Virus record (IMG/VR): IMGVR_UViG_3300044981_000315 | Location: 1,588-65,587 of that record | From: a virus | Taxonomy: Duplodnaviria > Caudoviricetes | Direction: 5' to 3' (one strand) | DNA: 64,000 bases | Shown here: one piece after another, positions 9,876-18,627 of the stretch | Layout of the letters: the number at the start of each line of letters is the position of its first letter | Numbering within the stretch: position 1 is the first letter of the stretch | The notes under the pieces: generated by a model | The model's database searches: none | What the model was told of the DNA's origin: nothing | What the model saw: only the letters and a program-made list of their open reading frames with translations | Translations under genes and position numbers: made by a program

Positions 9876-10945
9876 GCAGTGCCGATATCAGATTTTATGT
9901 AGATACTTTGATAGTGGAAACCATTATGGGAGATCCCTCTTTAGTAAAAAGAGGGGATACTAATGGCATGTTATCCGGTGTTGCTCCACTCATTACTGAT
10001 TATGTCAGTCAACATATCAACCCAGAAGATAAGGTGGGCAGCGTTATCGATATGTTAGCTCCAACTGCCATTTTTGGTCTCTTCAAATTATTTGGTCATG
10101 GTACTTTAGGATTATTGTTTGGTGTATTGGCTAGTGCTCTGCACATTAATATAGGTGGTATGGTAGAAGTATTGTGGCAAGAAGTTAAAAACACTTTAAG
10201 TAATGGGCAAAAAGTAGTTCCATCTCAAATAGACAGTGCGGTTTCTCAAGCCGTGCAACAATATGCTCCACAAGAAGAGGATCAATCTCCAGCCGATACC
10301 ATGGAAAATAGTATAGCCCAGGATTTGAGACATGCTCGTGGGTTAAGGCTGTCTCTAGAACAATATGATAGACAATTATTTCGACTCACCAAACAAACTA
10401 TTCCCGAGCAGCAACTTTTTGCCTATGCTATTGGTCGAGGTGCTAGAACTACTAGTATGTTAGGTAGGATTTTAGGATGGATTTTTAAGGTAGCATTAAT
10501 GTCTGCCGGTTTTATGGTGGCAGGTGATGTGGCTAATAAGATGTTGGGTCGACCTAATGCTTTAAGTGGTAATTATCAAGCCGGTTCGCCACAAACTGCC
10601 AGTCCAGCTGCTGTTCCTACGCCCATTACTACTCAAACCACATTTAAGGTTAACCCCTCCTATCAAAATACGCCGGCGCCACAACCTTGGGCAGAAAATG
10701 TGACTAACGATGCTAGTTCTATTGAAAATATGCTGGTCAATTTCACTAAAGACGTCTACGCCGGACTAGACGGTAAAGAAAGTGCCATTCAATCCTCCCC
10801 CACTTTCCAAGCTGTTAGGGACCAAATTGTGTGGTATAATCATGCTGCCGCCGGAGAACCTAAAGTTTATCTTCCTTCTATGTATGCCAATAAAAAAGCT
10901 ATTGTGGATCATTATATCGATGAGGTCGCAAAAGCATCCGTATGA
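9872..10945 (+). CDS. Putative internal virion protein with transmembrane segments
   Basis: Hydrophobic AIFGLFKLFGHGTLGLLFGVLASALHI and MLGRILGWIFKVALMSAGFMVAG; ATGA overlap with the previous gene. Confidence 0.5.
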   Translation: MSSADIRFYVDTLIVETIMGDPSLVKRGDTNGMLSGVAPLITDYVSQHINPEDKVGSVIDMLAPTAIFGLFKLFGHGTLGLLFGVLASALHINIGGMVEVLWQEVKNTLSNGQKVVPSQIDSAVSQAVQQYAPQEEDQSPADTMENSIAQDLRHARGLRLSLEQYDRQLFRLTKQTIPEQQLFAYAIGRGARTTSMLGRILGWIFKVALMSAGFMVAGDVANKMLGRPNALSGNYQAGSPQTASPAAVPTPITTQTTFKVNPSYQNTPAPQPWAENVTNDASSIENMLVNFTKDVYAGLDGKESAIQSSPTFQAVRDQIVWYNHAAAGEPKVYLPSMYANKKAIVDHYIDEVAKASV

Positions 10946-10994
10946 TTTACCTGCATATTAAGGAATATCCATATAATTTACCCATGGTGATAAA

Positions 10995-12260
10995 ATGAGA
11001 CGATCTGAAATATTTGAGTCATTTGTCAAAATAGCCGAAGAGAAGGGCTTAGTGTCCAAAGCTACTCCCGAAGAAAATAAGGCTGATCTTGAGAAAACTC
11101 ATCGTGCTGACTCTTTGAGCATCGATGATATTGCTCATTTATATGGCGTTAAGCCTCCAGCTCCTAAAGAAGTAGAATATAAGCGTAATATTGTGGAAGT
11201 GGCTCATCCCAATCCATTAGTATTGGCACCATCTTATGATAAACTTAATGGTTTGGTGGAAAATGTCAATGAACGTCAAGATATTTTATTACATATCGTC
11301 AATAAAAATAACACTGGCTCTATTGTGCAAACCAAATATGCGGAACGCGAATTGGTTTTATCTTTAGTACGTGTGGGCAACGAAATGGATAATAGGGGGC
11401 ATGACGAGCTAAGAACTTTAGCGGACGTCTGTCTTAGGCAAGCTAGCTCAAAAACTCTAAAAAAACAAGGTCTGTTAGGGCAAATGGTTTTGGGCGGAAT
11501 AGTGGCCCTCTTGGCTGGCTGGTATGCTAAGCAACATTTACCTTTCCATAGTGATGGTTTTGATATCGATTATCAAAAAGCGGTTAGTGAACTAAATGAC
11601 TTAATTACTTCCAATGATAATTTGGGTTGGGGATATAAATTAACTGATGATACTATTGAACAAGCCCATGATATTAAAGCTAAATTAGATCAGTTAAAAC
11701 AAGCAATTAATCGAGTAATGCCAGCCATCAATAATATAAGTAAGCCACGAATGGGTGGCGATTTAGCCCAAATGTTAGGGCCTATAGAACAAGAAGCTGC
11801 CGCCGCTTATCAGCAATTAGATACAGTAGTTAAGCAAATAAGTCCCTATTTACAACAAGTTATTGCTAATTTTCAGAATAGCGTCTATAAACAACAACAT
11901 ATTGCTGAAAAAGGTGTGATCACTCAAATGATAGATGCAACTGGCATTTTGCACGGTGGTCATGGTAATATTGCTGGTGATTTAGAAGGTGGCGGTCTAA
12001 TAGCTGATGATTTTGATGACGTGGCCCACGCTTTAGAAGCCATTCTAAAAGATGTAACCGATCTGGAAACATTACTAACTAACTGTAATAATCAGGCCAA
12101 AGTCACTGTAGATACTGTAGCTGCTAATGCCCAAAATACCTCTCCTACTAAAGTAACTACGCCAGCTGGTACCACCATTCAAGAAGATGATGAATTGCAC
12201 ACTAAAGAACTAGAAAATAGCCCAGATATGATAGATTTGATGGAGCAATTCGGCTCTTAA
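10995..12260 (+). CDS. Putative internal virion protein with a TM segment (paralog of 5861..7324)
   Basis: FVKIAEEKGLV / VEVAHP..GLVEN..KNNTG match RVAKEKGWI / HAAHP..AVVED..KKPTG; LLGQMVLGGIVALLAGWY hydrophobic segment. Confidence 0.5.
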   Translation: MRRSEIFESFVKIAEEKGLVSKATPEENKADLEKTHRADSLSIDDIAHLYGVKPPAPKEVEYKRNIVEVAHPNPLVLAPSYDKLNGLVENVNERQDILLHIVNKNNTGSIVQTKYAERELVLSLVRVGNEMDNRGHDELRTLADVCLRQASSKTLKKQGLLGQMVLGGIVALLAGWYAKQHLPFHSDGFDIDYQKAVSELNDLITSNDNLGWGYKLTDDTIEQAHDIKAKLDQLKQAINRVMPAINNISKPRMGGDLAQMLGPIEQEAAAAYQQLDTVVKQISPYLQQVIANFQNSVYKQQHIAEKGVITQMIDATGILHGGHGNIAGDLEGGGLIADDFDDVAHALEAILKDVTDLETLLTNCNNQAKVTVDTVAANAQNTSPTKVTTPAGTTIQEDDELHTKELENSPDMIDLMEQFGS

Positions 12261-12375
12261 TCAATTAAGTTGCAATATTTTATCACATTTCTGGTAATAA
12301 TTGTATATGTAGTTATTGTAAGTCCAAAGTGTAAGACCAGCGTTTAATATACGCTTTAATTTCAAGGAAAATAAA

Positions 12376-13173
12376 ATGTCTCTAAAACTTTTACAGCCAG
12401 GTACAGAACCCCTTGGCCAATTTGATGTTCGTGATGCCGAACTAACCTCCTTTAAGGGTGGCGAAGTTTGTGCTTTTGCTGCTGTTCCAACCAACACTCA
12501 ACCAGGCGTTACTACCGCTGGTCTAGACCAAGCCGCTTATGATGTATTCGACGGTTATGTTCAAGAAACTGCCGGCATCTATATGCGTCCAGCCGTTTCT
12601 AAGAACTGGGTTGCTTCCAACTCCGCTCTTCCAGCTGTTCAATTTCCAAACTATACTTCTCTAGCTGCTGCTACTCGTCCAGTCTTCTTGGCTGACGATG
12701 GTATCTTAGGATACGGTACTCTATTCGGCGCTGTCGTCGGTGGAACTGTCGGTCAACAAGTAAACGGTCCTAACACCTACACTGGTGCCATCCTCGGACC
12801 TAACACTGCTACTGGCTCTGGCAAGATGACTTTGTGGGATAAGCCAGGTCTTTACGCCGTCTCTTTGGACGCCGTGGATACCACTGCTTCTACTGGTCTA
12901 GTACCAACTAACCTCACCTTAACTGTCGGAACTCAACTGTCCTTCACTTCTGGATCTTTCGGTCTCGGTGGTGGTTTGTTAACCCCAGTCGGTGGAAACC
13001 CAGCCCTTGCAACCTATGTTGTAGGAACTTTCATTGAGTTCAACACCAACGGTTCTTTGGTAACTACTCCTAATTACTTGGTTGCCGCTCTCAACAGCCC
13101 ATCCGGTAACGTTAGCTCTGTAACCAACAGAAACTTCCAGTTCGCAACTATCGCTTTCAGACCATTCGTCTAA
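12376..13173 (+). CDS. Major head decoration/cement protein
   Basis: Directly upstream of the MCP; AAGGA RBS; strongly biased codon usage like the MCP; followed by a terminator. Confidence 0.6.
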   Translation: MSLKLLQPGTEPLGQFDVRDAELTSFKGGEVCAFAAVPTNTQPGVTTAGLDQAAYDVFDGYVQETAGIYMRPAVSKNWVASNSALPAVQFPNYTSLAAATRPVFLADDGILGYGTLFGAVVGGTVGQQVNGPNTYTGAILGPNTATGSGKMTLWDKPGLYAVSLDAVDTTASTGLVPTNLTLTVGTQLSFTSGSFGLGGGLLTPVGGNPALATYVVGTFIEFNTNGSLVTTPNYLVAALNSPSGNVSSVTNRNFQFATIAFRPFV

Positions 13174-13196
13174 TTAGCTGACTAGTTAAAAATATT

Positions 13197-13232
13197 AAAC
13201 GACCTATCAGAAACGGTAGGTCGTTTTCTTTT
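13197..13232 (+). terminator. Intrinsic terminator between the decoration gene and the MCP
   Basis: aaacgacctatc-agaaac-ggtaggtcgttt stem-loop followed by a T-rich tract. Confidence 0.8.
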
Positions 13233-13339
13233 GTGTTTTTATTTTTCAATTATGGGAATAATTTGTTATTCAATTAACGCGCTTTTGCGTGGCTGGTCTG
13301 ATGACTGGCAAATAATTCCTATAATAAGTGGAGACACTG

Positions 13340-14353
13340 ATGAATATGTTTAATAACCAAAACCAAGTAAATGCAAGCTCACTACGTGACTGTTTGCAAA
13401 CTTTGGTTAAATATGCAGCAATTTTGGAAGAGAACACTCCTTCCAATCAAGGTCTAGCAGGCCAACCATCCCTCAGTGATGACAAACGTGACGAATTAAT
13501 TTCTCGCGCTATCATGACTCAAGACGGTAAAATTGCTCTAGCTCAGGCTATGGCAAACCCAATCCGTAGAAACCTCGATTACCACGGTATCGCTCGTCGT
13601 GCCCTAGTTGTCGATCCATTGCCACAAGGTGCTATGCCAACTTACGATAGAGATATCGACGTTGCCGCTGTAGTTATCTCTAGCAACGGTACTGGTCCAG
13701 AATCTCGTGTCTTCGGTGACCGTGTAGTGGTTCCAGAATTCGAAATCTACGCAAACCCAACGGTGAGAATCGCTGAAGTTAAGCGTCGTAGATTCAACGT
13801 CATTGACAGAGCTGTGCAGAAGGCTCGTCAAGAAATCATGGCTCAAGAAGACGCAAACGTTTTCGCAGCCTTGGACGCAGCCTCTTCTGTGGAAAACACC
13901 CTAACTGACATCGCTGATGCTGGTCTTCTCAAGAGAGACTTGGTTGAAATCAAGCAACAGATTGATCGTTGGGACTTAGTTACTACCAAGTACTTCATGA
14001 ATATCAATGAATTCACTGATATTCTAAAGTGGGGTAGCGGTGGTGGACAAGGCGTAGGCGGCGGTGATTTCGATCCCGTAACCATGCGTGAAGTTCTACA
14101 AACTGGTCTATATGCCCATATCTGGGGTACTGACATTATGGTATCTAAGATCGTCCCACCTGGAACTATATACGGCGTAGCTGATCCGGAGTTTGTTGGG
14201 GTCATGCCAATTCGTCAGGACATTGAAGTTCTACCAGCCGACGAGCCAAAGCAATTGAAGCTTGGATGGGTAGTTTCAGAAATTATTGGTATCGCTATTG
14301 TGAACCCACGTGGTTGCGCAGCCGGGCGCAAATCGGTCGTAATCGGAGCTTGA
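13340..14353 (+). CDS. Major capsid protein (HK97 fold)
   Basis: ALAQAMANPIRRNLDY..ARRALVVDPLPQG, FEIYANPTVRIAEV, IWGTDIMVSKIVP and GWVVSEIIGIAIVNP fit an HK97-like layout; GGAG RBS before ATG 13340; high-expression codon bias. Confidence 0.9.
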   Translation: MNMFNNQNQVNASSLRDCLQTLVKYAAILEENTPSNQGLAGQPSLSDDKRDELISRAIMTQDGKIALAQAMANPIRRNLDYHGIARRALVVDPLPQGAMPTYDRDIDVAAVVISSNGTGPESRVFGDRVVVPEFEIYANPTVRIAEVKRRRFNVIDRAVQKARQEIMAQEDANVFAALDAASSVENTLTDIADAGLLKRDLVEIKQQIDRWDLVTTKYFMNINEFTDILKWGSGGGQGVGGGDFDPVTMREVLQTGLYAHIWGTDIMVSKIVPPGTIYGVADPEFVGVMPIRQDIEVLPADEPKQLKLGWVVSEIIGIAIVNPRGCAAGRKSVVIGA

Positions 14354-14391
14354 TCAATAATATCAAGTAGTTAGATAACGAAATAAATATT

Positions 14392-14426
14392 GAAAAAGCT
14401 ACCTCTTAACGGGTAGCTTTTTCTTT
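14392..14426 (+). terminator. Intrinsic terminator after the MCP (possibly bidirectional)
   Basis: gaaaaagctacc-tcttaacg-ggtagctttttc stem-loop plus T tract. Confidence 0.85.
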
Positions 14427-14466
14427 GTTATATAGCAGGTGTATATGCATAATCAGGGATATAATT

Positions 14467-15354
14467 ATGAACCTAATTCCAATAAAACAACGCAACACCA
14501 AGGCTAACGCGCTCATTGACACGCATATCGAAGAAATAAATGCTCTTTATGAGGGCGGTATGTCTTTAACTAAAATTAGTAAAAAACTATCGATAGACCG
14601 AAAGGCACTTGCCCGACTATTAAAAAATAATGGAGTTGAGTCGCGCAAAGGGTTTTCTTATGCACGCAAATACGATCTTAATGAGCACTACTTCGACGTT
14701 ATCGACATCGAAGAAAAGGCCTATATTCTGGGCTTTATTTATGCAGACGGCAATAATTTATTTCGCACTAATAGGATATCTATCCACCTATCTAAAACGG
14801 ACGAAGAGATACTTCAGAAAATGTCGCAAATCTTTTATGGAGAAGAGATCCTCAAATATAATACGCGTAAAAATAAGAATGGAAAGATATTTTACTATGT
14901 ATGGCTTAACCTTCATAGCAAGCATATGAGCCAACATCTCGCTACTCTTGGCGTGGTCGAAGCCAAATCGCATAAAATTGTCTTTCCCGAATGGCTGGAT
15001 AAATCCCTATACCGCCATTTTATCCGAGGACTAATCGATGGAGATGGCTGGATCTATCTGCCCAAAATAGAAGATAATAGAAACAGTCCTAACGTGGGAC
15101 TAATTTGCACTCGTAAATTAAATGATTTTCTGAAGGAATACTTTGAGGAAGAATTGGGGCTCAAATCCTATTTGATCAAGGCACACAAACAAGACTTTGA
15201 AGTTATGTGCGAGATCCGAGTCAAGAACTATCATCAATGCAAGATATTTTTGGACTGGCTATATAAGGATGCTACCATCTTTTTGCAGAGGAAGCACAAT
15301 TTGTATTTGGACTTCTTGAATAGATATAATCAATTGAGGGAGCAGAATAAATAA
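14467..15354 (+). CDS. Free-standing LAGLIDADG homing endonuclease with N-terminal HTH
   Basis: YILGFIYADG and FIRGLIDGDG motifs; WLYKDATIFLQRK C-terminal motif. Confidence 0.9.
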   Translation: MNLIPIKQRNTKANALIDTHIEEINALYEGGMSLTKISKKLSIDRKALARLLKNNGVESRKGFSYARKYDLNEHYFDVIDIEEKAYILGFIYADGNNLFRTNRISIHLSKTDEEILQKMSQIFYGEEILKYNTRKNKNGKIFYYVWLNLHSKHMSQHLATLGVVEAKSHKIVFPEWLDKSLYRHFIRGLIDGDGWIYLPKIEDNRNSPNVGLICTRKLNDFLKEYFEEELGLKSYLIKAHKQDFEVMCEIRVKNYHQCKIFLDWLYKDATIFLQRKHNLYLDFLNRYNQLREQNK

Positions 15355-15358
15355 GTTT

Positions 15359-15679
15359 TCATCGCTTATAGTGATCGTGTGGACCAATACTGACAATAAG
15401 AATGCGACCTTGTGGTTTCGGTATGTCTTCTGATGGTTTTGGTGTATTATAAACCCAGCAAATACGGTAATCATCATTAGCACGCGAATGCCACAACTCT
15501 CTTCCGTCATCTGAAGTTTGACCAGTTAATTTGGAAGTGCCTTTACGTCCAAGTTGACCAGCTGCCAAATAATCTAATGCTTTCTCTATAGATTTCAAAA
15601 GTGGTTCTTGTGATTTGTCTTCTTTAAGACTTTTGAGAGTATCGTGTGCTTTCTTGCTGAAATCTAATATAAAATTCAT
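15359..15679 (-). CDS. RelE/YoeB-superfamily toxin-like ribonuclease
   Basis: 106 aa; FSKKAHDTLKSL..KLTG..LWHSRANDDYRICW..ILIVSIGPHDHY follows the RelE-fold layout. Confidence 0.7.
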   Translation of the reverse strand: MNFILDFSKKAHDTLKSLKEDKSQEPLLKSIEKALDYLAAGQLGRKGTSKLTGQTSDDGRELWHSRANDDYRICWVYNTPKPSEDIPKPQGRILIVSIGPHDHYKR

Positions 15680-15700
15680 AAATACTTACTCATCATATTC

Positions 15701-15895
15701 TTATTTAGATAAGAATTCTTTCCAGTTCCATCCAGATATGATTTTACCTTCTTTGATATCTTTAAGACCAGCTTTGATTTCAGCTTGAACCTCTGGCGAC
15801 AAAGATGCAAATTCTACCTCTGTAATTTCTGTGTTTTTTGCTGGAGATGCTCCAGTTATATTTTCTTGGACTTCCATTTTTTCCTCTTTGACCAT
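15701..15895 (-). CDS. Putative cognate antitoxin
   Basis: Small acidic protein immediately upstream of the toxin; PEVQAEIKAGLKDIKEGKII resembles type II antitoxin C-termini. Confidence 0.6.
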   Translation of the reverse strand: MVKEEKMEVQENITGASPAKNTEITEVEFASLSPEVQAEIKAGLKDIKEGKIISGWNWKEFLSK

Positions 15896-15921
15896 ACTAA
15901 TATACCGAACCAGCCGCAGTT

Positions 15922-17139
15922 TTACAACAATTTTTTAACTACCGTATTCAACAAATAGTCTCTATTATTATTCTCCGGGTGTTCCAATATTTCCAAGTAG
16001 CATCCATCCAAGAGCATTTTAAGAATTGGTCCGGCTGCAAACCCATGGGCCATCAAGTCAATGCCGTCAATGGCCAACTCTTTGCGAGCATACACCACCA
16101 CGTTTTGGTGTTGATCCAACCAGTCTTGGATTGGGGCACCAAGGGCCCTGGTTAACTCTACAAATTGAGATAAGGCATGTTCCCAAGCATCGGGGGCTTC
16201 ATTCTTAAAGCGCGCTATAAACGCTGTATAGTTGGTGTGGTCATGAAGATTTAGGGTTTCCAACAAAAAATTGACATGTTTAATTTCTTTATTAGAAAAC
16301 TTTAGGTTCACTAATTCTTCTTTAGCTATTTTAGTGGGCACAAAAGCATACATAAGGGCCAATCTAGTTTCTAATTCGCCCGAATAATTCCCATATAAGG
16401 GAAATAAGTGGGTGGGCTGATCCATTAAACGTGGGCAAATAATAGCTAATGCCCCACATACCGATAGGTATTGCAATCCTAAAGAAGGGTAATTGGTCAT
16501 CAATGTTTTGCGCAATTCATCGCTAATGCGTTCTTTTGACACTTTTTTGAGAGTCTCAATACTATCTTTCATTCCTTGTAAAGTATTGGATTTTACTTGA
16601 TAACCAAAACGAGCTGCAAAACGAGCTGCTCGCATGATGCGAAGACCATCCTCTTGAAATCTTTCTACCGGGTTACCCACGGCACGGATAACGCCATCTT
16701 GCAAATCTTGCCAACCATTAAAGGGATCGACTATTATATTATTAACCGGATCATAAGCCATGGCATTGATGGTTAAGTCTCGACGAGCCAAGTCTTCTTC
16801 CACATTTTGCACAAAATGGACTTCTTCCGGTCTTCGACCATCCAAGTATTTACCTTCCACTCGAAAAGTAGTTACCTCAAAGTGGTTCTCTGCCCCTTCA
16901 TCCATACACACCGTCACCGTCCCGTGTTGCAGTCCGGTAGGGATAGTGCGAGAAAATAATTGTATCACCTGTTCAGGAGTTGCGCTAGTGGTGATATCCC
17001 AGTCTTTGGGTGCGATATTGAGATACAAATCTCTGACACATCCGCCTACAATGAAGGCTTGATAGCCGGCTTCCTGTAAGGTCAGACATATTTTTATGGC
17101 CAACGGATGGATGGGCTGTTGAAACTGGGAAATAAACAT
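15922..17139 (-). CDS. cca: Class II tRNA nucleotidyltransferase (CCA-adding enzyme)
   Basis: VGGCVRD, DWDITT, EVTTFR, RRDLTINAMA, EDGLRIMRAARFAAR and SKERI motifs; EGKYLDGRRP flexible loop; no HD domain seen. Confidence 0.9.
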   Translation of the reverse strand: MFISQFQQPIHPLAIKICLTLQEAGYQAFIVGGCVRDLYLNIAPKDWDITTSATPEQVIQLFSRTIPTGLQHGTVTVCMDEGAENHFEVTTFRVEGKYLDGRRPEEVHFVQNVEEDLARRDLTINAMAYDPVNNIIVDPFNGWQDLQDGVIRAVGNPVERFQEDGLRIMRAARFAARFGYQVKSNTLQGMKDSIETLKKVSKERISDELRKTLMTNYPSLGLQYLSVCGALAIICPRLMDQPTHLFPLYGNYSGELETRLALMYAFVPTKIAKEELVNLKFSNKEIKHVNFLLETLNLHDHTNYTAFIARFKNEAPDAWEHALSQFVELTRALGAPIQDWLDQHQNVVVYARKELAIDGIDLMAHGFAAGPILKMLLDGCYLEILEHPENNNRDYLLNTVVKKLL

Positions 17140-17228
17140 CCGGATAATGTAAAACACGTAAAATAGGCTGTCAAGTGTTGGATAAGATAATATTTTGATA
17201 TACTAATGTAATCTCACCGGAAAACCAT

Positions 17229-17942
17229 ATGAAGCTTGATCAACTAACCGATTTATACAATTTGATTTCCAGGGGCACGGAAAATGTGTCTTCTCGAAAG
17301 CTATCTCTAAAATTGAGAAAATCAGGTTTTGAGTCTGCGGTTAATAATATCGGTTTTACCAAATTAGCTTTTGACACCCGTCGAATTGATCAAGAAACAG
17401 AATATAACCCAAGACGAGGTTTACAGAATTATAATCGTAGTGAGGCTTTCATTACAGAAGCCATGTCACAAAAGATTATTAATTTTAGCAAATTGCGTAA
17501 AGTATTAATTGGTCTCAAAGAAGTATATGGTAAAGAACCAGAATGGCAAGATAGTAATGCTCGTGTTCTATTATCTACTTTAGATAATGGTTTGCGAACT
17601 ATTACTAAAGATGGTGATTTTACTGAAAGTCAACCTGGTATGGGTAGTTTTGACTATCTAGAAGAATTAATGCACGTTAGATATCGTCTAGGGTTTGATA
17701 ATTTAGCTAAAATGAATGAAGAAGAGTTAAAAAGAGTTATATTATCTAAAGATGAAGAGTTAATTCGTAAGGGCGTTAATCAGGCTTTAGAAATTACTAA
17801 GCAAGATGTAGCTAAAGAAGGGTATGACTCATTGATCAATAAATTATTCGATGGATGTCGTGCTAGTGCCGAAAATCCAAATGTAGAACGAAGTATAACG
17901 ATAACGATCAGAGATACATTTTTAGATAAAAAGGGAAGTTAA
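17229..17942 (+). CDS. Hypothetical protein, possibly head-associated
   Basis: 237-aa ORF preceded by the late-type motif; FTKLAF site. Confidence 0.55.
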   Translation: MKLDQLTDLYNLISRGTENVSSRKLSLKLRKSGFESAVNNIGFTKLAFDTRRIDQETEYNPRRGLQNYNRSEAFITEAMSQKIINFSKLRKVLIGLKEVYGKEPEWQDSNARVLLSTLDNGLRTITKDGDFTESQPGMGSFDYLEELMHVRYRLGFDNLAKMNEEELKRVILSKDEELIRKGVNQALEITKQDVAKEGYDSLINKLFDGCRASAENPNVERSITITIRDTFLDKKGS

Positions 17943-17943
17943 A

Positions 17944-18627
17944 ATGGATGTCTTTGCTCCAGGTCGTAATGAATGTGGGATGTTCATTGTCAGGAACATT
18001 TCGCCCCAAAAAAAGACCATTAACATTTTTCAATACCCCATCAATTTAGGTTATACTAGAGATTTGCTTCAGATTCCTGGTGTTTCCGAAGGTGATATTA
18101 AATCAGCTTTGATGAAGGGTGAAATACGACATAAGTTCAAGGTCGGCGATATTCAATTAGTTTTCAGCAATATTGATTTATTACAATTTAATGATTGTGG
18201 CATTCAATATCTAGAAGGTTATGGATTTACTACTGGTGTTCAAGTAGGATTCGATCAACTTGACGGTTATGTACAGAACTTAATCACTCAAGGTGGCGGT
18301 GGTGGTCTTACTCCCGATGAACACGAAACGCTTCGACAACTCATTCACTTTATTGATGAGGGTCCAGGACATGGTTTTGCTGCCACTGCTTATAAGGTAA
18401 TTTTGCCTACTGGGAATCCATTTCCTACTAGTATGACTTGGTATTTAGATGCCGGACTAACTATTAAATTAGTGGATAAATTAATTACCTACAATGCCAT
18501 GAAGTTCCCAACTATTCTCGAATGGAGAATGTATGATACCGATGGTGTCACCATTATTCATACCGTTACCGATACCATTACCTATAGTTCCGCATTTGAG
18601 TCTACTCGAACGCGTATGGTGACGTAA
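17944..18627 (+). CDS. Virion structural protein
   Basis: First gene of the fibre/appendage cluster; Gly linker; one DGY. Confidence 0.55.
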   Translation: MDVFAPGRNECGMFIVRNISPQKKTINIFQYPINLGYTRDLLQIPGVSEGDIKSALMKGEIRHKFKVGDIQLVFSNIDLLQFNDCGIQYLEGYGFTTGVQVGFDQLDGYVQNLITQGGGGGLTPDEHETLRQLIHFIDEGPGHGFAATAYKVILPTGNPFPTSMTWYLDAGLTIKLVDKLITYNAMKFPTILEWRMYDTDGVTIIHTVTDTITYSSAFESTRTRMVT

